A stretch of DNA of 51,858 nucleotides, from assembly GCA_002269645.1 (NCBI GenBank), contig NIVC01004281.1:1-51858 (forward strand), read 5' to 3'. This DNA comes from Macrostomum lignano. Lineage: Eukaryota. Positions 1 to 11,900 of this stretch are shown one piece after another (position 1 is the first letter of the stretch; each line of letters begins with the position of its first letter). The notes under the pieces are model-generated. The model saw only the letters and a list, made by a program, of their open reading frames with translations, was not told where the DNA came from and ran no database searches. The translations under genes and the position numbers were made by a program.

Positions 1-200
1 AATGCGCAATTGCAGCTAAAATGATAATGAAGAGCTGCTACAGAGAGTCCCAACCCAAGCGAGTCGAGTGGAGTGCATAGCAGCAATAGCCAACCAGACA
101 AGCAGTGTCCAGAAAAGCGAAAGTGCGAAGCCGGCACTGCATCGGTGCATTATAAGTACGGCAGCCAGGCAGACACCGGACCGGCTGAGATAAATCAGCG

Positions 201-3200
201 ATGGCGGCCCCACTGAAGACGTCCGGCCCTACGACTACGAAGGCGTGGAGCCGCAGTTTATCAGGCGGGCCGAGAAGGAGCTCAACGAGAAGCCCAGCCA
301 GCTGCCGGCCCACATCGCCAGCCTGAGACGCTGGCTGAGCAGCATGCCGCACCTCAGGTGCCGGACAGGTGAGTGACAGCTTGTGGCTCTGCTGCAGGCC
401 AATCATCTTACAGGGGGATTGTAGGAACGGCTGGACAACTGTGGCGGTTCGGGAAGAGGGGAATTAGAGGAGATCTGGGGAAGAGGGGAATTAGAGGATA
501 TCTGGGAAAGAGGGGAATTAGAAGAGATCTGGGGAAGAGGGGGAAGAGGGGAATTAGAGGAGATCTGGGGAAGAGGGGAATTAGAAGAGATCTGGGGAAG
601 AGGGGAATTAGAGGAGATCTGGGGAAGAGGGGAATTAGAGAAGAACTAGGGAAGAGGGGAATTAGAGGAGATCTGGGGAAGAGGGGAATTAGAAAAGAAC
701 TGGGGAAGAGGGGAATTAGAGAAGACATGGGGAAGAAGGGAATTAAATGAGATCTGGGGAAGAGGGGAATTAGAGGAGATCTAGGGAAGAGGGGAATTAG
801 AAGAGAACCGGCGAAGAGGGGAATTAGAGAAGACCTGGGGAAGAGGGAATTAAATGAGATCTGGGGACGAGGGGAGTTAGAGGAGAATAGAGGAAGAGGC
901 GAATTAGAAGAGAATAGGGAAGCTCTATCGCACAAAGTGAAGTCGCAAAGACCAGTCTAATTTGAGGCTGCACAGAGCGCAGCCAAGCGTGCTAGAACAG
1001 CAATAGAGCAGCTCAGAAACAAAAACTTGGTATTTATTATTGTTGTTTAAACTAAAAAACAAGCCCAAGAATTACTTTGCGAATCGGGGCAGCAAAACAA
1101 AGGAATAAAATTTGGGTTGCCAATCAACCAGGCTGAATATCCGCAGATAGCGCAGCGATAAAATAAAACTGGATTACATGCTGGATGAAGCAGGGAGCTG
1201 CGAGGTGCAGCTGCAAGCCTGGATAAACACATTTTATACCCAACTAATCTCAGTGTTGCAGTTGGCCTAAAATATTCGTTCTTCACAGACAGCAGAAAAA
1301 AAATCTATTAAAACGAGCAACTTTCTACAGTAGGAACAATATTAATAAAAGCAGAAAAATGAGTGAAAACGGAAACAAGCGACAGGATGGGAGATTACAA
1401 AATATTGAGTTGCTGGATAATCAGAAGCGGCATGCAGTCAAAGCGGGCTGTGTGGGGCTAACAAGACGGATTTTAGTGCTTGAAAAATAAAACAAAACAG
1501 TAAAAACCACGGGACCGCCACAATGACAAGTTTATCTGTCCAGCCAGAGAGTCGGCAGCCAACGGCTCAGCGCTCCGAGCTGCTGCACTCGCCATTGTGC
1601 CGCTGGCTCGGCTCGGAGTCGGCGGCCGAGGCGGCGCCTTCGGTGAGGGCGAGGCGGCGATTCTCCGCGGTCAAAGGGATCCACCAGGAACTGCTCCGGA
1701 GTGTAGTAGGACTGCGGGGGCGGCGGAAAAGGGGCAGTTGATGCGCAATATGCTGCTTAACTACTGCCAGTAGAGTAGACACCAGAGGGGAATCCAAGAC
1801 ACCAGAGGGAATCCAAGACACCAGGAGGGGAATCCAAGACACCAGAAGGGAATCCAAGACACCAGAGGGGAATCCAAGACACCAGAAGGGAATCCAAGAC
1901 ACCAGAGGGGAATCCAAGACACCAGAGGGGAATCCAAGACACCAGAGGGAATCCAAGATACCAGAGGGGAATCCAAGATACCAGAAGGGAATCCAAGATA
2001 TCAGAGGGGAATCCAAGATACCAGAGGGGAATCCAAGATATCAGAGGGAAATTCCAAGACACCAGAAGGGAATTCAAGACGCCAGAGGGGAATCCAAGAC
2101 ACCAGAGGGAATTCAAGTCGCAGGCTCATCCCAGCTCACCAGCCAGGCCACCACGCGGCCAGCGCCAGGCAGAGTCTCCAGGTCGGGCAGTCGGGCAGCC
2201 GCGAACTCGGCACCGGCCAGCGAGGCGGCTCGAGCCCGGCGCTTAGCGGCGGCGGCCGCAGCGAAGGCGGCCAGCTGGACGGCGGCGACTCCGTCCGCTT
2301 CAGCGCGCGTTGCTGATTCTCGTCATCGCCATCGTCGGCGGAGAGTCGGACAGCAAAGTCGGCGACGCGGCTAAACAGTCGGCGACGGAGCTTCTGGCGA
2401 ATGCCTTCAGGAGCCTCCGACTGCTGCTGCTGCTGTTGACGCCGCTCCTTCCCGGCCTCGCCGTCCTCGGGCAGGTAGTGGTCCACGCAGCGGTCAACCC
2501 AGGCCACCACCAGCTCGCCGCTGTCCTCCGACAGCCGCGTGCACTTGGCCAAGCCGTAGGCTTTGGCCGACTGCGCCTGCGGATTTGCGGATATGGCGAA
2601 GACGAGTTCAGGCATTCATGCGGCATTAGCCCGAATCAGTGTACTTGTTGAATCCCCTAACCCTAACGTAGCAGACAAGCAGTCATGCCCGACCCGCTCA
2701 CACAGGGTGTACTGCAGTCCAGAAATGTTCTCATCGCCGGGCATGTACAAACTCTGCAGTTTAGAGGCTGGACCTCAATGGTGTGAATAGCACGGCAAGC
2801 CCTAAGGACAATTTCCGTTATCGAACCCGGGACTTCAGCACGAGAGTCACACATAGCTATTCTGCGCCCCATCCTAAGCAACCCTGGTGGCCCTATTCGG
2901 TGCAGTTCGATGGCCTTATTGAGCGCAGGTTTCTCTTCTGCGACGTGCCAACTTTCCGCATCACAGCATGGCCACTGCCCCACCCCGTCACCTTGGCAAC
3001 GGCGCTATTCACCGGTGCCATCAGCGTCGGCTGGACAGCGTCGCGCGCCGAGGCGACCAGCTCCTGGGCAGTGGCCTCCTTCACGGCCGGACAGCGGGCC
3101 TCCAGCCGGTCCAGCAGCTGGGCGCAGGCCAGGCGGTCCAGGCGCGCCACAGCGGGCTCGAAGCGCGCCAGCAGCGGCGCCGCGGTGGCAGCGGCACGGC

Positions 3201-4761
3201 GCAGGCCGCCCTCGGTGAAGCCGGCGGCGGAGCGGACGCTGGGGCTGGCGGACAGGGCCCAGTCGTAGCAGCTGGCGGCCCGCTGCCAGGCGGAGGCCAC
3301 GGCCGGATAGGCGGTGACCCGTTGAACAAAATCGGCTACCATGGCGATTGAAGCGAATTTGAAATTTGCTGAAAAATAAACAGCAGTTTAGGATGGCGTC
3401 GCGTATAGCAACAAGCTTTTTACACTGGGTTGAAAACAGATATAAGAACTAAATTTAGAGACTTACATAATCTGGAGAAATTCAATTATGCCTTGAGCAC
3501 TAAAGTAAACAGACTCAGAGATATGCCTCAACCCAGACTCAAATAGTCACTTTCTTGGCTGCAGCAGCAGATAAGCGCCGGGGTCAAAGGTAACCCCAGA
3601 CACTGCAATGTGAACAGCATTGCCTGCCCTAGACAGGAAAACAGACGGAAGACCAAAGTCTAAAGTCAATTCTACAGATAGTAAACAGCACTATTGCCAC
3701 CAGAAGTGCGAAAACTTGCGAAATATTTCGTCATTATTGGGCTCCGAAAATGGGATTTTTTTACTTTGCTCGAATTTACGCGAATTTGTGTCTTGCCCAA
3801 CACACATGAGGATTAAGCCGCATCGAATCACTTCGCTCCGCAGACGACCGATTCCTGCTGCGCTTCCTTCGCGTGGCCAAGTTCGACCAGAGCCGCGCCA
3901 GATGCTGCTGGACAACTACCTGACCATCCGCAAGTCGCCCAAGGGCACGCCGTCATGGTTTGACTACCCTTCTGTGGACAGTCCAGAGGTTAAGGTGAGG
4001 CTGATTACTATTTAGCCAACTTTCTGGCAAACAGAGGCTCAGAAGTCCTACGCCACTTCCTTCGGCAGGAGTACCTCAGCCATCCTTTCCACGTGTTTCT
4101 CGGACACACAAGCGAAGGCGAGGGCGTCTACGTGTCCAACATGGGCTACTGGGACCAGCAGAAGATGACGTTCGATCAGCTGATCCGCTGCATGTACATG
4201 TCAGTGGACGCGGTGCAGCTGGACCAGTACAGCCAGATCAACGGCATCAAGGTCCTGATTGACATGAGCCGGTCCAATCGAAATCAACTGAGCTTCTTCG
4301 AGAACCGCAAGAACTTCTTCTCTCTGATGCGCAACTGGCAGGACGCCAGTCCCAATCGCACTAAAGCTGTCATTTTTGTGAACGAGCCGGCGTTCTTTGA
4401 CGTGATCTTCACCCTGATCAAGAACGCGCCGTTTCTCAAGGAGAAGTTCAAGAAGAAGCTGCACAAGGTCGGCAAGGACTACGCCAGGCTCAGGAAAGTC
4501 ATCGGGGAGCAGGACGCCGACCGTCTGCTGCCCAAGGAGCTCGGCGGCAGCAACGGCACCCTGCAGGAGCTGATGGAATGGACAAGAAACAACTTCGGCA
4601 GCGAGCGGATGCACAGGGAGTGGCGCCTTCAGCGGCAGGAGATGGAGGTTGACGAATCCAAGCGGCTGCCAACGACCAAGGACTACTTGCGCACCGAGGA
4701 CAGCGCAGCGGACGCGACCACTGGTATCCAGGGCACCTTCACCAAGCTCAACGTTGACTGA
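201..4761 (+). CDS. CRAL-TRIO domain lipid-binding protein (alpha-tocopherol transfer protein-like / clavesin family), 3 exons
   Basis: Exons ~201-368, 3844-3994, 4069-4761 with GT/AG ends. Reads ...AEKELNEKPSQLPAHIASLRRWLSSMPHLRCRT|DDRFLLRFLRVAKF (CRAL-TRIO N-domain), then INGIKVLIDMS, AVIFVNEP, LLPKELGG and terminal GIQGTFTKLNVD. Needs +1 base at the C-run 208-211 (to join ATG 201) and at 3898-3899; exon 2 is 151 bp where phases require 152. Confidence 0.88.
451..920. repeat. 27-bp purine-rich minisatellite (CTGGGGAAGAGGGGAATTAGAGGAGAT)n in CRAL-TRIO intron 1
   Basis: About 17 direct copies visible; source of ORFs 373..750 and 408..935. Confidence 0.95.
1532..3342 (-). CDS. Perilipin (PAT-domain lipid-droplet protein), 3 exons, nested antisense in CRAL-TRIO intron 1
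   Basis: Exons 3342-2992, 2576-2140, 1711-~1532, all phase 0 with GT/AG. N-terminus VQRVTAYPAVASAW...PLLARFEPAVARLDRLACAQLLDRLEARCPAV matches the PAT domain; exon 2 has VDHYLPED typical of the perilipin C-terminal bundle. Exon 2 is 437 bp (needs 438; probable lost base at 2291-2292). The true stop in exon 3 is uncertain (1532 or 1567). Confidence 0.8.
1787..2117. repeat. 20-21-bp minisatellite (GACACCAGAGGGGAATCCAA)n in perilipin intron 2
   Basis: About 16 tandem copies. Confidence 0.95.
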
Positions 4762-5595
4762 ATTAGATACCCGAGATGGCACCGGGCACAGAAACCTGAT
4801 AAAGTACCTGGTAAACCCAGACACCAGAAACTGCACCAGCGCATCACGAACTATAGGGCACTGGGAATCACTACGTGAAGGCTAACGACATGAATTATAA
4901 ACGGACTCTATGATGACTTTTATCGAAAAAATAGAAATAAGTACACAACAAAGAGTATTTCCGTGAACAAAGAGCCAACAAACACATCGGCTGTATATTT
5001 TCTAACAAAAAGTGACAAGTAAAAAAAGTGAAGAGGTTTCGCGACGAGCTAAAAGTACAAATATATATTTTACCAGAAGACAAACACGCAGTGATATAAA
5101 TATGGCATGCTTGTTTGCACCGAATTTGTTATTTCGCACGATAAAATCAGCACATTTTTCACAAACTCTAAGCTTTCTATGCTACAATAATTAGTGACAG
5201 GCATTGCACATGGATATGGATGCATACTGATACTAAAAAGCGATTGCAAAAAACTTCTAATGACGGCTCAGGTGGCTGCAGATGCGTTGCTAGGCCAGCG
5301 CAAGGGGGTGCAGATTGGGGCATAAGTATTAAAATTGGAATGCGGTTCGCTTGTTGCACGCCTGGCACTACTGCCGGTAGTGAGACGCGTGCATGATTGT
5401 TTACACAGATTGAACGGTGAGAGCAAAGTGCACAGTAGAATGGTGCCTTCGAATTGCATGGGTGCGACTGACTGAGACTAAAAAATTAAACGGAAAAAAC
5501 TTGCGCTTGACTATTTGAACTGGAGCGATGAAACTGTGGATGGGGTTTCTATTCAGGCATCAATCTGTTCAACTTTAAACACGGCTTAGCACTGG

Positions 5596-6180
5596 TAGGC
5601 GTAGCAGCAGCCGCTGAAAGATCAGGGAGGGGGTAGCAGCAGCCGCTGAAGGATCATCAGGGAGGGGGTAGCAGCAGCCGCTGAAGGATCAGGGAGGGGG
5701 TAGCAGCAGCCGCTGAAAGATCAGGGAGGGGGTAGCAGCAGCCGCTGAAGGATCATCAGGGAGGGGGTAGCAGCAGCCGCTGAAGGATCAGGGAGGGGGT
5801 AGCAGCAGCCGCTGAAAGATCAGGGAGGGGGTAGCAGCAGCCGCTGAAGGATCAGGGAGGGGGTAGCAGCAGCCGCTGAAGGATCAGGGAGGGGGTAGCA
5901 GCAGCCGCTGAAAGATCAGGGAGGGGGTAGCAGCAGCCGCTGAAAGATCAGGGAGGGGGTAGCAGCAGCCGCTGAAGGATCATCAGGGAGGGGGTAGCAG
6001 CAGCTGCTGAAGGATCAGGGAGGGGTAGCAGCAGCCGCTGAAGGATCAGGGAGGGGGTAGCAGCAGCCGCTGAAGGATCAGGGAGGGGGTAGCAGCAGCC
6101 GCTGAAAGATCAGGGAGGGGGTGGCAGCAGCCGCTGAAGGATCAGGGAGGGGGTAGCAGCAGCCGCTGAAGGATCAGGGA
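5596..6180. repeat. 32-35-bp minisatellite (CAGGGAGGGGGTAGCAGCAGCCGCTGAAGGAT)n, intergenic
   Basis: About 18 tandem copies, some with an extra CAT. Confidence 0.95.
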
Positions 6181-6557
6181 GCAAGAAGCATATAGTTCCC
6201 AGGAACATGGCCCACCCCAAACTTTCAAAGTCAAGAGTCATTTAGCATAGCAGGTATACAATACAATGTCATTTGCAGAGACGCGGAGATTAAATTAAAT
6301 AATCAGTTAAGAACAATTAACTTCGGTATAACTAGAACAGAAAACGATTTGCTTGCAGTATTAATAATAATACTACTTGCAGTAGGGTTTGCAATGTGAG
6401 AAAGGAAAATTTATAGCCAAACAGAGCCTAGCGACTTATAAAAAATGCAGTTTTAAAAATCTCCAGTCTCAAAACATCTTACAGCGGTGACCTTCATATC
6501 TGATTTTATTGCTTGAAGAAACTTACACCAGCCCTTGCTGGTCACGCGGGTCCATTG

Positions 6558-8839
6558 CTAGTACAGACCCCGGTTGCGGCTGCAGTGCCGGCACACTGTA
6601 GTGTACATGTTGGCACCGCGGCACACTCTGTGGGGGCGACGGGGTGAAGATGATGAAGAGGCTGTAATGTGAGCTTTTTAGAATCTGAGACAAGCTGGAG
6701 AGGTGGGACCGGGATCTGAGAAAGGCACAAGAGATGGCACGGGGATCTGAGACAGGACCTGGAGATGGGACGGGAATCTGAGACAGGAGCTGGAGATGGG
6801 ACGGGGATCTGAGACAGGAGCTGGAGATGGGACGGGGATCTGAGACAGGAACAAGAGATGGGACGGGGATCTGAGACAGGAGCTGGAGATGGGACGGGGA
6901 TCTGAGACAGGAGCTGGAGATGGGACGGGGATCTGAGACAGGAGCTGGAGATGGGACGGGGATCTGAGACAGGAGCTGGAGATGGGACGGGGATCTGAGA
7001 CAGGAGCTGGAGATGGGACGGGGATCTGAGACAGGAGCTGGAGATGGGACGGGGATCTGAGACAGGGCAAACACGAATACAGCTGACTCACTTGCACAGC
7101 CAGGGCCCCATCAGCAGCTGGGCAGCGGAAACCGATGTGCCGTAGCCAACAGAACCGAATCGCATCGCCATCGCGGCGGCTGGCGTCATCGGCTGCCGAT
7201 GCTGCGCGTTCCGGTAGGCAGCAGCAGCAGCAGCCGCAGCAGCAGCCGCTGCGGCCGCCGCCCGACTCTGCGGCGCTACCATCCGGATGGGCGTGCCAGC
7301 GACGCCCGAGACCGGGACGCGAAGGAAGCCGTAGGGGACGGATAGGACAGCGGCTGGTCGTGCGGCGCCGCCAGCGACGGCAGCGGCCGCCCTAGCGGCT
7401 GAGGCGGCTACAGCGGCGGAGACGGCAGCAGACGCAGCGGCGGAAGCAGCGGCAGACAGCGGCGGTTGAGGCGGAGACTCGCGTCGCTGGCGCCGCTGTT
7501 GCGGCTGCTCGGACTGTTCGGACTGCTGCGAGTTCCTGCGGTCGGTGTTGAAAACCGGGACGAGCTCCCGACAGCTGTTGACCATCTGCGGCGTCGGGGT
7601 GGTCGGATTGCTGGAGCCGCCGCCGACGCCTGCGCTGCCGGTGGCCGAGGTCGCCAGATCGAGGCGCGGCTGCTTGGCAACCGCGGCGGCTGCGGCAGCG
7701 GCGGTGGCGGCGGCAGTGGAGCCGAGCACGGGTGCCGTAGGCGGCCGCGGCGGGTTCGAGTCCTGCGAGGCGCAGCGCCTGCGTTTTCTGGCCGGCATGG
7801 CCGCGGCCGCGGCTACAGCGGCGGCGGCCACGGCGGCTGTGGCGGCGGCATCGGAGAAAGCAGCCGTGCCAGCGGCGATGGGTCGAAGCGCCACCTCCGG
7901 CCAGTCGGACCGCAGCTGCGCCGGCGAGGCGTCGACACAGACGACGTCAATGTCGGCAGTAAAGTAGGCGGCCAGGTCAGAGGCGGCGAGCTGCCGGGCC
8001 TGGACCAGTGTGCCGGGGTGGGCGGCCTTGACAGCGCGTGCGGCGGCGGTGCAGACCTGGATGATGAGTAAGGCGCTGAACATTGGATAATGCGGACACA
8101 AGATACCAGAGGAAGTATAGGGGGCTCTGACTCACACAGGACACTGTACAGGGGGCTCTGACTCACAGGACACTGTACAGGGGGCTCTGACTCACACAGG
8201 ACACTGTACAGGGGGCTCTGACTCACAGGACACTGTACAGGAGGCTCTGACTCACACAGGACACTGTACAGGGGGCTCTGACTCACACAGGACACTGTAC
8301 AGGGGGCTCTGACTCACACAGGACACTGTACAGGGGGCTCTGACTCACAGGACACTGTACAGGGGGCTCTGACTCACACAGGACACTGTACAGGGGGCTC
8401 TGACTCACAGGACACTGTACAGGAGGCTCTGACTCACACAGGACACTGTACAGGGGGCTCTGACTCACACAGGACACTGTACAGGGGGCTCTGACTCACA
8501 CAGGACACTGTACAGGGGGCTCTGACTCACAGGACACTGTACAGGGGGCTCTGACTCACACAGGACACTGTACAGGGGCTCTGACTCACACAGGACACTG
8601 TACAGGGGGCTCTGACTCACACAGGACACTGTACAGGGGCTGACACACACAGGACACGGTACAGGGGCTGACACACACAGGACACTGTACAGGGCCGCTG
8701 ACACACACAGGACACTGTACAGGGGCTGACACACACAGGACACTGTACAGGGGCTGACACACACAGGACATTGTACAGGGGCTGACACACACAGGACACT
8801 GTACAGGGGCTGACACACACAGGACACTGTACAGGGGCT

Positions 8840-8906
<67 letters not shown>

Positions 8907-11900
8907 GACAGAGGCTGATACACACACACACACACAAACACAGGACACTGTACAGGGGCTGACACACAAACACAGGACACTGTACAGGGGCTGACACACA
9001 AACACAGGACACTGTACAGGGGCTGACACACAAACACAGGACACTGTACAGGGGCTGACACACAAACACAGGACACTGTACAGGGGCTCACGTACACAGG
9101 ACACTGTACAGGGGCTCACGTACACAGGACACTGTACAGAATCTCTGACAAGCACACAGTCTCCAAGCGCCTCAATGCCTCACCTCGGCGCTGGAGCACT
9201 CCAGCATCACCAGATCGGCGCCGAGACGGCAGGCGCGCAAAGCTTCGGCCTCATCGGCGCAGACTGCGGCCACCCGGCCAAACGGAGCAGCGCAGCGCCT
9301 GGCGCCGGCCAGTGCGGACGCAACGCCGCTGCCGCCGCCCCCGCCGGCTGCGGTTGTATCGACAATCACGACAGCGCCGCCAGTTGACGCGGTTGAAGAG
9401 GCAGACGGTCGGACCCCGCCTACAAGGAGGCCGTGTCGCTCCAGCAGGCGCTGGCCGGGCGTGCAGCGGCTGTCAGAATCGGCGCAGACGGAGCCGGGCC
9501 AGTCGCACAGGGCGGCCTTTTCAACTAACCTGGCAGAGATAGGGGAAGGGCAAACATGTCGCTAACTCGTATTGCTCGATGCTGGCTGGCGTACTGCCAG
9601 TAGTATTATGCAAGAATAAGTACACAAAAACATGGTGGCATGATTGCAAGAATCAACGCGCCAACGCTGGCCTGGAAAAATATTGCAGATTATGGCATTA
9701 ATCTGCATAATCTGCAATATATTTTCAGGCCAGTATTGCGCAACACTAACACACTGTTTCTGGAGTTCAGTTTGGGGGATTCTGGAGATCAGTTTGACTA
9801 GACCATCGAAGTCTCACCTGTTGGCATAGGTGGCTAACCCGGACGCCCTGGAAAGCACAGCTGGCAGCAGCCGGCGGGCCCTGGCCAGGCAGACTGGGCT
9901 GCCGCTGATGGTGGCCACCCGCTGCGGCACGGAGGAGATGTAGGCGCCTTCAGCCACTGACCAGCTGGCTTCGCAGCGCAGACGGGTGAGCAACGCATCG
10001 GCAAATGGGACGCCAGCGAGTACACCTGAGCGAGCAGAGTTGGTTAACCAAAATATTCAGCATCCGAGTGATTTCTATCAACAAGTAATGCGAAGGCTGG
10101 TAGATAGATTAAGATACGAGGTCTCGTAGGTAATCATATCTTGAAATTGAAGTTTTTTATAGCATGCAAGATTAAGTGCTTTAGCTTGGTCAAAATTTTG
10201 CCAGTAACATTTCTATATAATACTTCATAAAGTATCACAAAGCAGTCACTAAAAGAGACTTAGTACACAAAAGGCTAAGCTTCAAATTAGTGTCAGAAGA
10301 GATTCTTTAAGTTTAACGAAAAATACAGCTTTGAAAATTGATAGCTCTATTAGTTAAATTATTTTTAAACTTGAAACTTACAACTAAAACCAAGTCAATT
10401 CAGTCACGAACTAGTATAGGTCCATGAAATCTCAATACGCATTATTTGTTAGCTTGTAGAAAGTTAACAGATTTTATTCTGTGCAATCTACATTTACATA
10501 TATTGACTACATCTCTATATCATTGAGAATTGCTTTACTTACACTCATACAGAAAAATAAACAACTGTAGGAATATGGATGTACTTTTGTGTTTTTAGAA
10601 AAACACCAACATGAACAATACTAAATTTTTGAACATTATATTTACAGTATTACAAATTGTAATAACTTGTATTGCAGAGTTTATATTATTATTAAGTATA
10701 TTTTTCAGCTAAATTTGATAAAAATTACCTTTGAGAAGCTAAATATACCAATATTTGAGTATAATATAGTATTTATATATTAAAAAATAATCACTATTGT
10801 GACCCAAATGCCTATCTGAACTGGTTTGTAACTTGTAAGCAAAGCAGACACAAGGGGAAAAGTATTCTAGGGCAAAATCTCCATGGCCAAAACAGTTGGG
10901 GGGAAACCGCCAGAATTCATATATTTATGGTAAATATTAGGCCTACAACTAATTTTTTGTGATTTTTTTATTTTAAATGAGCTTTAAACTTACAATGAGT
11001 TTACATTGTTGGTGTACAAAAAATGACAAAATTAAAATTTGGCATAATCTCCACATGCATAGATGGAATATCTAATTTTTGATAAAAAAAGTTCCCAAAA
11101 ATTAAAAAAAACTAGATTGAAAATTATGTTTAACTTACTAAGAAATTAAAAAGTAAAACAAAAAAGTAAAAAAATAGTTTCTTATAGTTCAGTAAAATGT
11201 AAGACAATTTTTTATTTAACTTTTTAGTAAAAATAAAAGAATTGCAAGTCTAAACTATAGCGTGTATTTTATGGTTGTCTTGGCATTTTTTGTATACAAT
11301 GTTAGTCTATTGGCATACAAGAGCTAAGGAAGCAAATTTCAGGGCGATTTCCTTGCCCTGAGGCAACTCTCACCTTTTAGCAGATTTCTGATACTCTAAA
11401 GGAAATGACTAAGTCTTTCAAACACTGCAACTAGCAATTTTAATACTTAGAACAAATTGTATTATCTTGCAACTTGCTTACTTTATAGTTGGCAGCAAGT
11501 TGTCTCTCTTGGCTTGCACTGAGCGTCTATTTATACCTAAATTATAAACTGTTTATAACAATAACAAAGAATGTTTTGCAAGAATATTTTTGGATGTCAT
11601 AAAAGTTAAACAAAGAAAATTATTTTTAGTGCGGTTTTGAAATATGATTTTCTAAGAAACATAATATGCAAAAACAAGTAATTATAGAACATATATACAA
11701 TATTATCAATGCCCTCATACATGCGCAACCTCCAAATTTCGGTCGGCCATGCGACTTAGTTTTAACAAAAATGCGACGTAGTTTTTGGCCAAAAATGCGA
11801 ATTACATGTAAAAAAACCCGAAAGCAAAATTAACGCAACTTTGGGTAAACGGCAGGAGTAACTATGACTGTCTTATAAAGCCAAAATGCCTCGTCAGCTA

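Noticed and set aside
7135-8071. Plus-strand ORFs overlapping the QPRT-like exon, and similar antisense ORFs over the perilipin, LMF2, MEST-like and AMD1 exons
   Set aside because: Shadow ORFs expected opposite GC3-rich coding sequence.
8283-9155. Cys-rich ORFs (VCQPLYSVLC repeats) resembling metallothionein or keratin-associated proteins
   Set aside because: Translations of the intronic minisatellite and (CA)n tract; open in several frames.
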